Assembly: GCA_031427355.1 (NCBI GenBank)
Contig: JANPNG010000213.1
Location: forward strand, 1-46,853
Direction of reading: 5' to 3'
Length of the DNA: 46,853 nucleotides
Origin: Hylemonella sp.
Lineage (GTDB): Bacteria > Pseudomonadota > Gammaproteobacteria > Burkholderiales > Burkholderiaceae_C
Shown here: positions 1 through 11,457 of the stretch, piece after piece
How positions within the stretch are numbered: position 1 is the first letter of the stretch
Layout: the number at the start of each line of letters is the position of its first letter
Translations under genes and position numbers: made by a program
The notes under the pieces: model-generated
The model's database searches: none
What the model was told of the DNA's origin: nothing
The model's input: only the letters and a program-made list of their open reading frames with translations

Positions 1-2436
1 GACGGACAGACTGTAAGGCGGAAGTGAGCAGGCCGAGTCACCACTGTGCACGCCAGCCTGCTCAATGTGCTCCATCACACCGCCTATAAAAGTTTTGCCT
101 TCGCGGTCGCGAATGCAGTCCACATCGCACTCAATGGCGTCATTCAAAAAGCGGTCCAGCAATACGGGCGAGTCATGGCTGACCTTGACGGCCTCGCGCA
201 TGTAGCGCTCCAGGTCGCGCTGCTCGTGCACGATCTCCATGGCGCGGCCACCCAACACGTAGCTGGGGCGCACGACCAACGGGTAACCCAGGCCAGTGGC
301 TTTTTCAAGCGCCTCGGCTTCAGTGCGGGCTGTCGCATTGGGCGGCTGCTTCAGACCCAATTCACGCAGCAGCGCGGAAAAACGCTCGCGGTCTTCAGCC
401 GCGTCGATCATGTCGGGGCTGGTGCCGATGATGGGCACGCCCTCGGCCTCCAAACCCAGCGCCAACTTCAAAGGTGTTTGGCCGCCGTACTGCACGATCA
501 CGCCCAGTGGCTTCTCTTTGTCAACAATCTCCAGCACGTCTTCCAGCGTCAACGGCTCGAAGTACAGGCGGTCTGAGGTGTCGTAGTCGGTGGAGACGGT
601 CTCAGGGTTGCAGTTGACCATGATGGTCTCGTAACCGTCTTCGCGCATGGCCAGCGCGGCATGGACGCAGCAGTAATCGAACTCGATGCCCTGTCCGATA
701 CGGTTGGGGCCACCACCCAGCACCATGATTTTTTTGTTGTTGGTCGGCTCGGCCTCGCACTCGTCCTCGTAGGTCGAGTACAGGTAGGCGGTGTTGGTGG
801 CGAACTCGGCGGCGCAGGTGTCCACGCGCTTGTACACGGGGCGCACCTTGAGCGCGCGGCGTGCGTCTCGCACGGCTTTTTCAGTGGTCTTGAGCAGCTT
901 GGCCAGGCGTCGATCCGAGAAACCTTTTTTCTTCAGGCTGCGCAGCGTGTCCGCGTCCAGCGATGCCAGTGCGCCCTCACCTTGTGTGTCTGCCAGTTGA
1001 TCCAGCTCCAGCTCGATCTTCACGATTTCTTCGATTTGAATCAAAAACCATTTGTCGATTTTTGTCAGATCGTGCACTTCGTCCAGCGACATGCCCATGG
1101 CAAAGGCGTCGCCCACGTACCAGATGCGATCTGGGCCGGGCTCGCCCAGCTCCTTCTCAATCACTTCGCGGTCTTTGGTTTTCTCGTTCATGCCGTCCAC
1201 ACCGACCTCCAGACCGCGCAGGGCTTTCTGGAACGACTCCTGGAAAGTGCGGCCCATGGCCATGACCTCGCCCACCGACTTCATCTGCGTCGTCAAGCGG
1301 CTGTCAGCCGTAGGGAATTTTTCGAACGCAAAACGCGGAATCTTCGTCACCACGTAGTCGATGCTGGGTTCGAACGACGCGGGTGTCGCGCCGCCAGTGA
1401 TGTCGTTGCGTAACTCATCGAGCGTGTAGCCCACGGCCAGTTTGGCCGCCACCTTGGCGATGGGGAAACCGGTAGCTTTGGAGGCCAGTGCCGAGGAGCG
1501 AGAGACGCGCGGGTTCATCTCGATCACGACCATGCGGCCATCTTTCGGATTGATCGAGAACTGCACGTTGGAGCCACCCGTGTCCACACCAATCTCCCGC
1601 AGCACCGCCAAGCTGGCGTTGCGCATGATTTGGTACTCTTTGTCGGTCAAGGTCTGCGCCGGGGCCACGGTGATGGAGTCACCGGTGTGCACGCCCATCG
1701 GATCCAGATTCTCGATGGAACACACGATGATGCAGTTGTCTGCCTTGTCGCGCACCACTTCCATCTCGTACTCTTTCCAGCCCAGCAGCGACTCTTCAAT
1801 CAGCAGCTCGTTGGTGGGTGAGGCTTCGATGCCGCGCTTGCAAATCGTTTCGAATTCTTCCGGGTTGTAGGCGATGCCGCCACCCGTGCCGCCCAGCGTG
1901 AAGCTGGGGCGAATGACAGTGGGAAAACCCAGCGTCTTTTGCACAGTCCAAGCTTCTTCCATCGTGTGGGCGATGCCCGAACGCGCCGAGCCCAGACCGA
2001 TCTTGGTCATCGCATTTTTGAACTTCAGCCGGTCTTCGGCTTTATCAATCGCCTCGGGTGTCGCGCCGATCAGCTCAACCGGCTTGCCGGTGGCCGCACC
2101 CCTATATTTTTCAAGCACGCCGTTGTGCCACAAATCCAGCGCGCAATTGAGCGCGGTCTGCCCGCCCATGGTGGGCAAAATCGCATCGGGTTTTTCTTTG
2201 GCAATGATCTTCTCGACCGTCTGCCAGGTGATGGGCTCGATATAGGTCACATCCGCCGTGGCCGGGTCGGTCATGATCGTCGCAGGGTTGCTGTTGATCA
2301 GAATGACCTTATAGCCTTCTTCGCGCAAGGCCTTGCAGGCTTGCACGCCCGAGTAGTCGAACTCGCAAGCCTGGCCGATGATGATCGGGCCAGCGCCGAT
2401 GATGAGGATGCTTTTAATGTCGGTGCGCTTGGGCAT
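1..2436 (-). CDS. carB: Carbamoyl-phosphate synthase large subunit, partial (C-terminus lies beyond the window edge)
   Basis: The minus frame is open from position 1 to ATG at 2436-2434. The N-terminus translates as [12 protein letters not shown], the canonical CarB start. It is absent from the ORF track because it runs off the edge. It starts 1 nt after the carA stop. Confidence 0.93.
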   Translation of the reverse strand, partial: MPKRTDIKSILIIGAGPIIIGQACEFDYSGVQACKALREEGYKVILINSNPATIMTDPATADVTYIEPITWQTVEKIIAKEKPDAILPTMGGQTALNCALDLWHNGVLEKYRGAATGKPVELIGATPEAIDKAEDRLKFKNAMTKIGLGSARSGIAHTMEEAWTVQKTLGFPTVIRPSFTLGGTGGGIAYNPEEFETICKRGIEASPTNELLIEESLLGWKEYEMEVVRDKADNCIIVCSIENLDPMGVHTGDSITVAPAQTLTDKEYQIMRNASLAVLREIGVDTGGSNVQFSINPKDGRMVVIEMNPRVSRSSALASKATGFPIAKVAAKLAVGYTLDELRNDITGGATPASFEPSIDYVVTKIPRFAFEKFPTADSRLTTQMKSVGEVMAMGRTFQESFQKALRGLEVGVDGMNEKTKDREVIEKELGEPGPDRIWYVGDAFAMGMSLDEVHDLTKIDKWFLIQIEEIVKIELELDQLADTQGEGALASLDADTLRSLKKKGFSDRRLAKLLKTTEKAVRDARRALKVRPVYKRVDTCAAEFATNTAYLYSTYEDECEAEPTNNKKIMVLGGGPNRIGQGIEFDYCCVHAALAMREDGYETIMVNCNPETVSTDYDTSDRLYFEPLTLEDVLEIVDKEKPLGVIVQYGGQTPLKLALGLEAEGVPIIGTSPDMIDAAEDRERFSALLRELGLKQPPNATARTEAEALEKATGLGYPLVVRPSYVLGGRAMEIVHEQRDLERYMREAVKVSHDSPVLLDRFLNDAIECDVDCIRDREGKTFIGGVMEHIEQAGVHSGDSACSLPPYSLSV

Positions 2437-2437
2437 G

Positions 2438-3616
2438 TTATTTCGCCTCCATCAGCTTGATGAAGCGGTCAAAAAGGTAAGCAATGTCGTGCGGACCCGG
2501 CGAGGCTTCCGGGTGGCCCTGGAAACAAAACGCGGGCTTATCGGTGCGGATCAGGCCTTGCAGCGTACCGTCAAACAAGCTGACGTGCGTGGCGCGCAAG
2601 TTGGCGGGCAGTGATTTTTCGTCCACCGCAAAGCCATGGTTCTGGCTGGTGATGCTGACGCGGCCGGTGTCCAGGTCTTTGACCGGGTGGTTGGCACCGT
2701 GGTGGCCGAACTTCATCTTGAAGGTCTTGGCCCCACTGGCCAAGGCCATGATCTGGTGCCCCAGGCAGATGCCGAAGGTGGGGATACCGGTTTCGATCAG
2801 TTCGCGCACCGCAGCAATGGCGTAGTCACACGGCTGCGGGTCGCCAGGACCGTTGGACAAAAAGATGCCGTCGGGCTTGAGCTTGAGCACATCCTCAGCG
2901 GGCGTTTGGGCTGGCACAACGGTGACCTGGCAGCCGCGCTCGGCCAACATGCGCAAGATGTTTTTCTTAACACCAAAGTCGTAGGCCACGACGCGGAATT
3001 TGGGTGACGTCTGGGTGCCGTAGCCGGGCTTGCCGTCCGCACTGAACAGCATCCACTCGGATTCGGTCCAGTCGTAAGGCTGCTGTGTGCTCACCACTTT
3101 GGCCAAGTCCAGGCCGCTCATGTTCGGCGCGCCTTGGGCCAGGGCAATGGCCTGGTCGATGCGCGCCTGGGTGACGGATTCGCCAGCAGCCAAGCCGACG
3201 ATGGCACCGTTTTGCGCGCCTTGGGTACGCAGCAGGCGGGTCAGCTTGCGGGTGTCGATGTTGGCGATGGCGACCGTTTTCTCGTCCACCAGGTACTGCG
3301 ACAGCGTCTTGGTGAGGCGAAAGTTGCTGGCCAGTTGGGGCAGATCTTTGATGATCAGGCCTGCGGCATGGACTTTGTCGGCTTCGATGTCCTCAGGGTT
3401 GACGCCGTAGTTGCCGATGTGCGGGTACGTGAGGGTCACGATCTGCTGGCAATAACTGGGGTCAGTGAGGATTTCCTGGTAGCCGGTCATGGCGGTGTTG
3501 AACACCACCTCACCGGCGGTGGAGCCGGTGGCTCCAATCGAGTTGCCGAGAAAGACTGTGCCGTCTGCAAGCGCCAGGATGGCGGGCGGGAAGGTTCCCT
3601 TTAAAGACAAAAGCAC
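2438..3616 (-). CDS. carA: Carbamoyl-phosphate synthase small (glutamine amidotransferase) subunit
   Basis: ORF 2438..3892 carries CarA hallmarks: [35 protein letters not shown] and [11 protein letters not shown]. The first 92 ORF codons are not CarA-like. GTG at 3616 lies 5 nt after GGAGA (3622-3626) and gives a 392-aa product beginning (M)[19 protein letters not shown]. Confidence 0.92.
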   Translation of the reverse strand: MLLSLKGTFPPAILALADGTVFLGNSIGATGSTAGEVVFNTAMTGYQEILTDPSYCQQIVTLTYPHIGNYGVNPEDIEADKVHAAGLIIKDLPQLASNFRLTKTLSQYLVDEKTVAIANIDTRKLTRLLRTQGAQNGAIVGLAAGESVTQARIDQAIALAQGAPNMSGLDLAKVVSTQQPYDWTESEWMLFSADGKPGYGTQTSPKFRVVAYDFGVKKNILRMLAERGCQVTVVPAQTPAEDVLKLKPDGIFLSNGPGDPQPCDYAIAAVRELIETGIPTFGICLGHQIMALASGAKTFKMKFGHHGANHPVKDLDTGRVSITSQNHGFAVDEKSLPANLRATHVSLFDGTLQGLIRTDKPAFCFQGHPEASPGPHDIAYLFDRFIKLMEAK

Positions 3617-3740
3617 TGGGTTCTCCGAATGGTTGCGGGTACGCCCAAACGCGCTCAGGAAACGGGTTTCCTGGTGGCTGCTTTTGTGGGATAGGGGCTT
3701 TTGAGGCGGCTGAGCGTACGGGGTTGCGGGAAAGCCGCCC

Positions 3741-3746
3741 ATTATA
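3741..3746 (-). promoter_or_regulatory. Candidate carA -10 box (TATAAT on the minus strand)
   Basis: ATTATA on the + strand reads as a perfect TATAAT on the minus strand, about 125 nt upstream of the carA GTG. A weak -35-like TCGAAA lies 16 nt upstream of it. This rests on sequence pattern only. Confidence 0.3.
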
Positions 3747-3803
3747 GCCGGGTGAGGGCTTGTTTCGACTGCTGACGCTGCTTGAAAGCAGCTTGTAGAT
3801 GGC

Positions 3804-4583
3804 TTATATCGCCGCTTGCGCCGCACTGGCGTGCAAACAAATCGCGGCAGCAGCGGCCACATTGAGCGACTCTTCGCCGCCCGGCTGGGCAATGCGCACC
3901 GAACGTATCGCTCTGGCCATCAAAGCCTCACTCACGCCCTGCCCTTCATGCCCTAAAACCCAGGCACAGGGCTGCGGCAAGGTCTGCTGATGCAAGTACT
4001 GCCCCTGATGCGAGCTGGTCACCACCAGCGGGACACTCAAAACCTTCAGCGCGTCATGTTCCACAGCCTCAATGAGTTGCAGGCCAAAATGCGCGCCCAT
4101 CCCCGCACGCAGCACTTTGGGACTCCACAGGGCCGCTGTGCCCTTGAGTGCCAGCACCTGTTTGAAGCCAAAGGCCGCCGCGCTGCGCAAAATCGAGCCG
4201 ACATTGCCTGCGTCTTGGACGCGGTCCAGGATGACGGTGGCCACGTCAGGCATCAGGCCCGTCGAGACGGGTAATTCCAGCAAAAACCCCATGCGCGCGG
4301 GTGACTCCAAGCCACTGATGTCGGCAAAAATAGCGTCCGATATCACTATGATTTTTATAGCTGCCTGCGCATAGATTGATTGGGCTCCAGGCCAAAATGA
4401 CTCTGAAAAAACGGTTGCTATCGGTTGCAAACCACGCGTCAACGCAGCGCGACACAAATGGTCGCCCTCCAACCAGACCTGCCGCTGTTTGCGGTAAGCG
4501 GTGTTGTCCTGCGCGAGACGCTTCAAGTCTTTGACAAAAGCGTTGTCGCGCGAGCTGATGTGGGTGATGGCGGGTGAGGTCAT
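3804..4583 (-). CDS. TrmH/SpoU-family RNA 2'-O-methyltransferase
   Basis: ORF 3804..4595. The C-terminal half has SpoU-type motifs ([53 protein letters not shown]). ATG at 4583 overlaps the rnhB stop as ATGA, which suggests translational coupling. Confidence 0.85.
   Translation of the reverse strand: MTSPAITHISSRDNAFVKDLKRLAQDNTAYRKQRQVWLEGDHLCRAALTRGLQPIATVFSESFWPGAQSIYAQAAIKIIVISDAIFADISGLESPARMGFLLELPVSTGLMPDVATVILDRVQDAGNVGSILRSAAAFGFKQVLALKGTAALWSPKVLRAGMGAHFGLQLIEAVEHDALKVLSVPLVVTSSHQGQYLHQQTLPQPCAWVLGHEGQGVSEALMARAIRSVRIAQPGGEESLNVAAAAAICLHASAAQAAI
4344..4385 (+). repeat. AT-rich 42-nt motif, copy a (inside the TrmH-family gene)
   Basis: CACTATGATTTTT-ATAGCT-GCCTGCGCA-TAGATTGATTGGGC. 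On the gene strand it encodes ...[13 protein letters not shown]... with three ATA codons. Confidence 0.8.
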
Positions 4584-5212
4584 GTCACCCCCCAAGCGGC
4601 CAAAACATCCGTTACCGGCCTGAAGGTCTTGCGGTGCTGCGGGCAGGCCCCGTGCTCACGCAAAGCGGCCAGATGCTGCGCTGTGCCATAGCCCTTGTGA
4701 CCGTCAAAACCGTACAGAGGGAAGGCCTCGTGGTACTGCGCGCACCAGCGGTCACGGTACACCTTGGCCAAGATGGATGCCGCCGAGATAGCGGGCACGG
4801 TCGCGTCACCCTTCACGATGGCCTCAGCCAGCACATCCAACCGGGGCAACTGATTGCCATCGACAAGCACCTTGACCGGTTTCAAACGCAAGCCCAGCAC
4901 AGCACGTCGCATGGCCAGCAGAGTGGCTTGCAAAATGTTGAGTTGGTCAATTTCTTCAACGCTGGCCTCGGCAATCGAGCAGCACAGCGCTTTGGCACGG
5001 ATTTCATCGAAAAGCTTTTCTCGCCTGGCCGCCGTGAGCTTCTTGGAGTCGGCCAAACCGGCAATGGGGTTCATGTCGTCCAGAATCACGGCAGCAGCCA
5101 CCACCGGGCCCGCCAGAGGCCCGCGTCCGGCCTCATCCACACCAGCAATCAGGCCGGTGACGTCCCACATCAGGGGGACTTGCTCAGCTTTGAAGAACTT
5201 TTTCGATGGCAT
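4580..5212 (-). CDS. rnhB: Ribonuclease HII
   Basis: Contains [21 protein letters not shown] and DSKKL, the RNase HII motifs. Candidate starts are ATG at 5212 (overlaps the lpxB end by 29 nt) and ATG at 5170. I prefer the longer form because [17 protein letters not shown] resembles the extended N-termini I recall for Burkholderiales. Confidence 0.85.
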   Translation of the reverse strand: MPSKKFFKAEQVPLMWDVTGLIAGVDEAGRGPLAGPVVAAAVILDDMNPIAGLADSKKLTAARREKLFDEIRAKALCCSIAEASVEEIDQLNILQATLLAMRRAVLGLRLKPVKVLVDGNQLPRLDVLAEAIVKGDATVPAISAASILAKVYRDRWCAQYHEAFPLYGFDGHKGYGTAQHLAALREHGACPQHRKTFRPVTDVLAAWGVT

Positions 5213-6332
5213 CGGTGGCCAGTTGCGCGGTGTCGCGCTTGAGCTCGTGGTGCAGCGTGGTGAAGCGTTGCTGCAAGGCGCTGATTTTTTCGGGCGCATG
5301 CAGCCACGCCATGACGGCCTGAGCCAGTGCCTCAGGTGTGGCCTGATCTTGCAGTAGCTCGGGCACCACGGCATCGGCGCAGAGGATGTTGGGCAGACCC
5401 ACCCAGGGCTGCAACTGCTTGCGCCGCATGATCCAGTACGACAACCAATTCATGTTGTAGGCAATCACCATGGGGCGCTTGAACAAGGCTGCCTCCAGCG
5501 TGGCGGTTCCGCTGGCAATCAGCGTGACATCACAAGCGGCCAACACGGTGTGCGATTGGCCGGTGACGATTTGCAAGCTGTCACCCAAGGCATGGCGACT
5601 GGCTGCGGCCTCAATCGCCGGGCGTAAAGCAGGAATGGCAGGCACTACAAATTTGATAGCTGCCTGCGCACGTTTCATAAGGTCTGCAGCCGCAAAGAAG
5701 CGATCAATCAGGTAGCGCACCTCAGATTCACGACTGCCGGGGAGGATCGCCACGACCTGTTCGTCATCCCGCAGGCCCAGCACGCGCCGCGCCGCGCTTT
5801 TGTCCGCCTGCATGGGGATGACTTGCGCCAGCGGATGGCCGACGTAGGTGGCTTGGATGCCGTGCTGCGCCAGTAATTCAACCTCAAAAGGAAAGATGCA
5901 CAACACGTGATCGACGCTGCGTCGGATTTTCTCGACCCGCTCGGCGCGCCAGGCCCAGATGGACGGGCAGATGAAGTGAACGGTCTTGATGCCTTCGCGC
6001 TTGAGTTCGGCCTCCAGATCCAGATTGAAATCGGGTGCGTCCACGCCGACAAACACATCGGGGCGCTCGCGCAGCAAGCGGGTTTTGAGCTGATTGCGGA
6101 TGCCCACGATCTCCCGGTAATGCCGCAACACCTCCACGTAGCCACGCACGGCGAGCTTGTCGCTGGGCCACCAGGCGTCAAAACCACGCCGCACCATTTG
6201 CGACCCACCAATACCGCTTGCATGAAGCGAGGGCCAGCGCTGTTGCAAGCCATCCAGCAGCAAGCCGGCCAGCAGATCCCCAGAGGTCTCACCGGCCACC
6301 ATGCTCAGTCGCGGGGAGGTAATCATCGTCAC
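5184..6332 (-). CDS. lpxB: Lipid-A-disaccharide synthase
   Basis: The 382-aa ORF has the [10 protein letters not shown]-terminal motif and is collinear with LpxB. Position in the lpx cluster supports the call. The start is either GTG at 6332 or ATG at 6326. Confidence 0.9.
   Translation of the reverse strand: MTMITSPRLSMVAGETSGDLLAGLLLDGLQQRWPSLHASGIGGSQMVRRGFDAWWPSDKLAVRGYVEVLRHYREIVGIRNQLKTRLLRERPDVFVGVDAPDFNLDLEAELKREGIKTVHFICPSIWAWRAERVEKIRRSVDHVLCIFPFEVELLAQHGIQATYVGHPLAQVIPMQADKSAARRVLGLRDDEQVVAILPGSRESEVRYLIDRFFAAADLMKRAQAAIKFVVPAIPALRPAIEAAASRHALGDSLQIVTGQSHTVLAACDVTLIASGTATLEAALFKRPMVIAYNMNWLSYWIMRRKQLQPWVGLPNILCADAVVPELLQDQATPEALAQAVMAWLHAPEKISALQQRFTTLHHELKRDTAQLATDAIEKVLQS
5643..5684 (+). 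repeat. AT-rich 42-nt motif, copy b (inside lpxB)
   Basis: CACTACAAATTTG-ATAGCT-GCCTGCGCA-CGTTTCATAAGGTC. It matches copy a at 24 of the first 28 nt, including an exact 15-mer. It encodes ...[13 protein letters not shown]... Confidence 0.8.
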
Positions 6333-6344
6333 TTCAGGCGGGCT

Positions 6345-7133
6345 TTAACGCACCAGGCCACGCTTGGCGCTCGCGATGAAGTCCAGCAGGGTGGTGACAT
6401 CAACGTCGGCAGGCGCGTGGCTGTCGCGTAAGCCGTCAATGGCGGCTACCGCAGCCTCAAGTGTCAAGGAATCGCGGTACAGCAGCTTGTGCATTTGACG
6501 GATCAAAGCGATGCGTTCGGCACTGAAGTCACGGCGCCGCAAGCCTGTGAGATTGATGGCGCGCACCGACAAGGGATTACCTTCCACGGTCATGAAAGGG
6601 GGCACGTCCTGGGCCACATGGCTTTGGAAGCCGATCATGGCATGGGCACCGATATGCACAAACTGGTGCACGCCACTGAGTCCGCCGATGACAGCCCAGT
6701 CGCCCACGTGCACATGCCCAGCCAGCGTCGCGTTGTTGGCAAACACCGTGTGGTTGCCAACCACCACATCGTGCGCGATGTGAACATAGGCCATGAACCA
6801 GTTGTCGCAGCCAATGCGAGTGACGCCGTCTTCCTTGGTCGTGCCGAGGTTGAAGGTGCAGAACTCGCGGATGGTGTTGCGGTCACCGATCTTCAAGCGG
6901 GTCAGCTCGCCTGCATAACTCATGTCCTGGGGAATCGCACCCAAGGAATTGAACTGAAAGATACGGTTATCACGGCCAATGGTGGTGTGGCCCTCGATCA
7001 CGCAGTGCGCACCAATCGTGGTGCCCTCGCCCACTTTCACATGGGGGCCAATCACGGTATAGGGGCCTACGCTCACACCAGGATCTAGCTGCGCTTGGGG
7101 ATCGACCAATGCGGTGGAATGAATCAGGCTCAC
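6345..7133 (-). CDS. lpxA: Acyl-ACP--UDP-N-acetylglucosamine O-acyltransferase
   Basis: Left-handed beta-helix hexapeptide repeats. GTG at 7133 gives (M)[15 protein letters not shown] and a 262-aa product, typical of LpxA. The ORF-track TTG at 7166 would overlap fabZ. Confidence 0.9.
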   Translation of the reverse strand: MSLIHSTALVDPQAQLDPGVSVGPYTVIGPHVKVGEGTTIGAHCVIEGHTTIGRDNRIFQFNSLGAIPQDMSYAGELTRLKIGDRNTIREFCTFNLGTTKEDGVTRIGCDNWFMAYVHIAHDVVVGNHTVFANNATLAGHVHVGDWAVIGGLSGVHQFVHIGAHAMIGFQSHVAQDVPPFMTVEGNPLSVRAINLTGLRRRDFSAERIALIRQMHKLLYRDSLTLEAAVAAIDGLRDSHAPADVDVTTLLDFIASAKRGLVR

Positions 7134-7158
7134 GTTGCAACTCTCAATCAAAGGCCGA

Positions 7159-7599
7159 TCAAGCAATCTTGCGCATGGTGCACATGATTTCAGCCTCTAC
7201 GGCCAACTCAGTGCCCACACTGGCCCGACCTTTGAATTTGTAAATACCCGATTTCATGCGGTCCAGCGTGACATCTAAAATCAACTGATCGCCCGGCTCC
7301 ACCGGTCGTTTGAAGCGCACGCCGTCAATGCCTGCGAAGTAAAAAACCGTGTTGTCGTCGTGTTCGATCCCCAGCGTTTCAAAAGCCAGCAAAGCGGCGG
7401 CCTGCGCCAGCGCCTCAACCATCAGCACACCCGGCATGACGGGGCGGTGCGGGAAATGGCCATTGAAATAAGGCTCGTTGATTGAAACGTTTTTAAGCGC
7501 TTTGATCGACTTTCCTTTTTCCAACTCCAGGACACGATCAACCAGCAAGATCGGGTAACGATGGGGGAGTTTTTTAAGGATTTGGTGAATGTCCATCAT
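7159..7599 (-). CDS. fabZ: 3-hydroxyacyl-ACP dehydratase
   Basis: 146 aa with [13 protein letters not shown] and [22 protein letters not shown], the FabZ hotdog signature. Its start overlaps the lpxD stop as ATGA. Confidence 0.95.
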   Translation of the reverse strand: MMDIHQILKKLPHRYPILLVDRVLELEKGKSIKALKNVSINEPYFNGHFPHRPVMPGVLMVEALAQAAALLAFETLGIEHDDNTVFYFAGIDGVRFKRPVEPGDQLILDVTLDRMKSGIYKFKGRASVGTELAVEAEIMCTMRKIA

Positions 7600-8582
7600 G
7601 ATTTTTTCGTTTCTTTAATCTGGTTTTCCAGGGTCCGAACGCGGTCACGTAAAAGGTGCAGTTGCTTGAGCGTCGCGGCATTTTTTTCCCAGGACGCATT
7701 GTCGTCGAGGGGAAAGACACCGGTGTAATGACCTGGCTTTAGGATGGAGCGGGTGACAAGGCTGAACGATGAAATATGCACGCCATCGACTAATTTCAAA
7801 TGCCCCAAAATCCCGGCGCTACCGCCAATAGTGCAATTGGCACCAATGACGGCACTGCCCGCAACACCGGTGCAACCCGCCATGGCCGTATTGCGCCCAA
7901 TGCGAACATTGTGGCCAATTTGAATCAAGTTATCGAGCTTCACACCGTCTTCAATAACGGTGTCTTGCAAAGCACCGCGGTCAATGCAGGTGTTGGCACC
8001 AATCTCCACATCGTTGCCAATCTGTACAGCACCAAGCTGCTCAATCTTTTCCCAGGCATCGCCATTCGGGGCAAAGCCAAAGCCATCCGCACCAATGACC
8101 ACACCCGAGTGCAGGATGCAACGCTCACCGACCAAGCAATCCTCACCCAGCATAACCCCTGCCTTGAGAACCGTACCAGCGCCCACATGAGCACCTCGCT
8201 CAATCACACACAGAGGCCCTACCTGCGCTTCAGGGTGGACAAACGCCTCGGTATCGATGACAGCGCTGGGATGAATACGGGGCCCTGGCTTATGGGGGTG
8301 TTTCTGCCGCCAAAGCTGGGTCACTCGGGCAAAGTAAAGGTAGGGCTGATCCGTCACCAAGCAAGCCCCACGGGCCAGTGCCTCGGTCCGCATTTGCGGG
8401 CTGACAATCACACAAGCCGCACTGGAGGCTGCCAATTGCTGCCGAAATTTGGGGTTGCTAAGAAAACTTAGCGTAGCCGGTGTTGCCGACTCCAGCGGTG
8501 CCAGTCCCTCAAGCAACAGTTCTGGATCGCCATGCAACTCACCCCCGAGTGCTTCGACGATAGCGCCTAAACGAAGAGCCAC
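7596..8582 (-). CDS. lpxD: UDP-3-O-acylglucosamine N-acyltransferase
   Basis: 328 aa starting at GTG. Hexapeptide repeats throughout. Location between skp and fabZ supports the call. Confidence 0.9.
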   Translation of the reverse strand: MALRLGAIVEALGGELHGDPELLLEGLAPLESATPATLSFLSNPKFRQQLAASSAACVIVSPQMRTEALARGACLVTDQPYLYFARVTQLWRQKHPHKPGPRIHPSAVIDTEAFVHPEAQVGPLCVIERGAHVGAGTVLKAGVMLGEDCLVGERCILHSGVVIGADGFGFAPNGDAWEKIEQLGAVQIGNDVEIGANTCIDRGALQDTVIEDGVKLDNLIQIGHNVRIGRNTAMAGCTGVAGSAVIGANCTIGGSAGILGHLKLVDGVHISSFSLVTRSILKPGHYTGVFPLDDNASWEKNAATLKQLHLLRDRVRTLENQIKETKKS

Positions 8583-8604
8583 ACTTCAACAATCCACGTC
8601 GACA

Positions 8605-9117
8605 TTATTTGGCTGCGTTCAAGGTCTTGATCACCTTATCGGTGATGTCGTGCTTGGGATTGATATAAACGGCCTCTTGCAAGATGAGGTCGTATTTTTC
8701 GGCCTCGGCCACCTGCTTGACCACCTGATTGGCACGGGCAAAAACTTGCTGTAGCTCCTCGTTACGGCGCGCATTCAGGTCCTCCTGAAATTCACGGCGT
8801 TTTCTTTGAAAATCACGATCCTGTTCAAGCAGTTGTTTTTGACGGGAAGCTCGCTGACTTTCCGCCAGCGTCGGCGCTTCACGCTCCAGCTTCTCGGCCA
8901 TGCTCTTCAGGGTGTTCCCCTGGTCTTGCAATTCCTTCTCGCGCTTGGAAAACTCCTGCTCCAGCTTGGCCTGAGCGGCCTTGGCAGGCACGGCTTCCTT
9001 GATGATCCGGTCCAGACTCACATAGCCCAGGCGAAATTCTTGTGCCTTGATAGGGCTTGCCAGAAAAGAAAGGCCCAAGACGACGGCCAAACCAAATTGA
9101 CGAGAAAGATAAGTCAT
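8605..9117 (-). CDS. skp: OmpH/Skp periplasmic chaperone
   Basis: 170 aa with a signal peptide and a Lys/Glu/Gln-rich coiled-coil body. It lies immediately downstream of bamA, with the bamA stop and skp ATG overlapping by 1 nt (TAATG). Confidence 0.85.
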   Translation of the reverse strand: MTYLSRQFGLAVVLGLSFLASPIKAQEFRLGYVSLDRIIKEAVPAKAAQAKLEQEFSKREKELQDQGNTLKSMAEKLEREAPTLAESQRASRQKQLLEQDRDFQRKRREFQEDLNARRNEELQQVFARANQVVKQVAEAEKYDLILQEAVYINPKHDITDKVIKTLNAAK

Positions 9118-11408
9118 TAGAAAGTAGTACCGATCTGAAATTGTATGGACTGGATTCTATCGCCATCGAAGGATCGCAGGGGCCTGGAAAACGCCAGTCG
9201 CAAGGGACCCATTGGCGATATCCAGCTGATGCCGACACCGGCTGATGCGCGAAATTGACTAAAGTCAATATCTTCGTACTGGCCATACACGTTGCCGGTG
9301 TCCACAAAAGCGTACATGCGAAGCGTCCGGTCGTTACCCGTACCGGGGAAAGGCGCTTGAAACTCCATGTTCAGGTTGATCTTTTTAGTGCCCCCAAGCG
9401 TCAGCCCCGTCACCGGGTCTCGCGGACCCAGGCTTCCCGCCTCAAAGCCACGAACTGAACCCAGGCCGCCGCCGAAAAAATTCTTGAACAAGGGATACGG
9501 TCGGCCATCTATGCCCTGCCCAAGAGCCAGATCGCCATTGAAGGCAAAGGTATATTGCTTGGTGATAGGGAGGTAGTGTTGGTACTGGTAGGTACCGCGC
9601 AGGTAGCGAACCTCACCGCCAGCGCTCCATTCGGCCGAGGCACGCTGAAACCGACCACGGGTCGGCACCAAAGCACTGTCGCGGTCATCCCGCGCCCAGC
9701 CCACCGTCAAGGGCACCGACGTACTGGCGTAGCCAAATTGATTGGCGTAATCAAGGTAGGCTTGCGGCAAATTAGTGCCCGGAACAATCGTTGTGCGCTC
9801 AACACCTGCGCCCAAGTAAATCGTGTCACGTTCGGTAAAGGGAATGCCAAAACGCATACTCGTACCCGTCGTTTGAAGCGAGTAGCTGGCAGGATCCAGG
9901 TAAGGATTGGACACCCGGTGGTAAAGATCAATAGTTCGAGAGACACCGTCCTGAGTGAAATACGGGTCGGTGGTGTTGAACACAATCACCTTGTTGATCG
10001 CGCTGGTGTTGACTTGCACCCCCAACGAGTTACCAGAGCCAAAGGCGTTTTCCTGGCGGATACCAAACGACAACCCCAAGCCGTCATTGCTGGAAAAACC
10101 TGCGCCCAAGGTCAAACTGCCAGTGGGCTTTTCGACGACATTAACGGTGAGGTCCACCTGATCGGGGGAGGCGGGGACGTCATTCGTTTCAATAGCCACC
10201 TCTTTGAAAAACCCGAGACGGTCAATCCGATTGCGCGACAGTTTAATTTTATCGCTGTCGTACCAGGCGGCTTCCAGTTGCCGCAACTCTCGCCTGACAA
10301 CCACATCGCGGCTGCGGTTATTGCCGGCTACATTGATTTTTCGAACATAGGCTCGCCTGGAGGGATCCGCCTGAAGCACCAGGACCACCAGATTCGTGCT
10401 GCGATCAATATCAGGCCGGGGCTGCACGCGCGCAAAGGCAAAACCGAACTTACCAAAATAATCGGTGAATGCCTTGACGGTCTCTGCCACCTGATCCGCG
10501 TTATAGGCCTGCCCGGGCTTGATGGAGACAAGCGACCTGAACTCATCGTCCCGGCCCAGGAAATTACCGTCGAGCTTGACGCCTGCGACCACAAATTTTT
10601 CTCCTTCAAAAATATTGATGGAGATGGCCATGTCCTGCTTGTTCGGTGAAATCGCCACTTGGGTCGATTCAATGCGGAACTCCAGGTAACCACGCGTCAA
10701 ATAGTAAGAGCGAAGAGTTTCAATATCAGCGTTGAGTTTGGCACGTGAATATCGATCTGACTTGGTGTACCAGCTCATCCAATTGCCCGTATCCAGATCA
10801 AACAAATTACGCAAGTCAGATTCGGGAAAAGCTTTGTTACCCACAATCCGGATTTCGCTGATCTTGGCTAACTCGCCCTCAGTCACTGTAAAGGTGAGGT
10901 TGACGCGGTTGCGCTCGATAGGCGTCACTGTCGTGACCACCTCGGCCGCATAAAGACTGCGATTAATGTACTGGCGCTTGAGCTCTTGTTCGGCACGATC
11001 CAGCAAGGCCTTGTCGAAGGGCCGCCCGTCTGTCAGACCCACATCACGCAAAGCTTTCTTTAAAACGTCTTTGTCGAATTCTTTGGTTCCTACAAACTCA
11101 AGATCTGCGACTGTGGGGCGCTCTTCCACAATGACCACAAGCACATCGCCAGCAACATCCAGGCGAATATCCTTGAACAAGCCCAGCCCGAACAATGCGC
11201 GAATGGATGCCGTACCTTTTTCATCGTTATAGGTATCACCAACACGCACAGGAATTGAGGCAAAAATGGTTCCGGGCTCAACCCGTTGCAAACCCTCGAC
11301 CCGGATGTCGCGCACGGTGAAAGGCTCAACCGCCAAGGCGGCATGGGCGGCAAATACCAGGGCCGCAGCAGCAACAGTTTGGCGCAGGCTAAATCGATTG
11401 AATTGCAT
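9117..11408 (-). CDS. bamA: Outer membrane protein assembly factor BamA
   Basis: 763 aa with a signal peptide, POTRA-like repeats and a C-terminal beta-barrel ending in ...QFQIGTTF (terminal aromatic residue). Confidence 0.95.
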   Translation of the reverse strand: MQFNRFSLRQTVAAAALVFAAHAALAVEPFTVRDIRVEGLQRVEPGTIFASIPVRVGDTYNDEKGTASIRALFGLGLFKDIRLDVAGDVLVVIVEERPTVADLEFVGTKEFDKDVLKKALRDVGLTDGRPFDKALLDRAEQELKRQYINRSLYAAEVVTTVTPIERNRVNLTFTVTEGELAKISEIRIVGNKAFPESDLRNLFDLDTGNWMSWYTKSDRYSRAKLNADIETLRSYYLTRGYLEFRIESTQVAISPNKQDMAISINIFEGEKFVVAGVKLDGNFLGRDDEFRSLVSIKPGQAYNADQVAETVKAFTDYFGKFGFAFARVQPRPDIDRSTNLVVLVLQADPSRRAYVRKINVAGNNRSRDVVVRRELRQLEAAWYDSDKIKLSRNRIDRLGFFKEVAIETNDVPASPDQVDLTVNVVEKPTGSLTLGAGFSSNDGLGLSFGIRQENAFGSGNSLGVQVNTSAINKVIVFNTTDPYFTQDGVSRTIDLYHRVSNPYLDPASYSLQTTGTSMRFGIPFTERDTIYLGAGVERTTIVPGTNLPQAYLDYANQFGYASTSVPLTVGWARDDRDSALVPTRGRFQRASAEWSAGGEVRYLRGTYQYQHYLPITKQYTFAFNGDLALGQGIDGRPYPLFKNFFGGGLGSVRGFEAGSLGPRDPVTGLTLGGTKKINLNMEFQAPFPGTGNDRTLRMYAFVDTGNVYGQYEDIDFSQFRASAGVGISWISPMGPLRLAFSRPLRSFDGDRIQSIQFQIGTTF

Positions 11409-11457
11409 TTTTTATATAAAAATTGAGTCTGGTGCCTGAAACAGGCCCCAATAAAGA

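Noticed and set aside
3617-3892. 5' extensions proposed by the ORF track for carA (92 codons), pyrH, tsf, rpsB, rnhB, the SDR at 28939, NIPSNAP, the MFS gene and the Nudix gene.
   Set aside because: The extensions are not homologous to the respective protein families. Internal starts are preceded by good Shine-Dalgarno sequences and give canonical N-termini. Some of the extensions would also overlap neighbouring genes.
4357-5670. The exact 15-mer ATAGCTGCCTGCGCA, shared by two genes, taken alone as proof of a repeat.
   Set aside because: One exact 15-mer pair is roughly what chance predicts in a 47-kb window. The claim therefore rests on the extended flanks and the four additional copies, not on this match.
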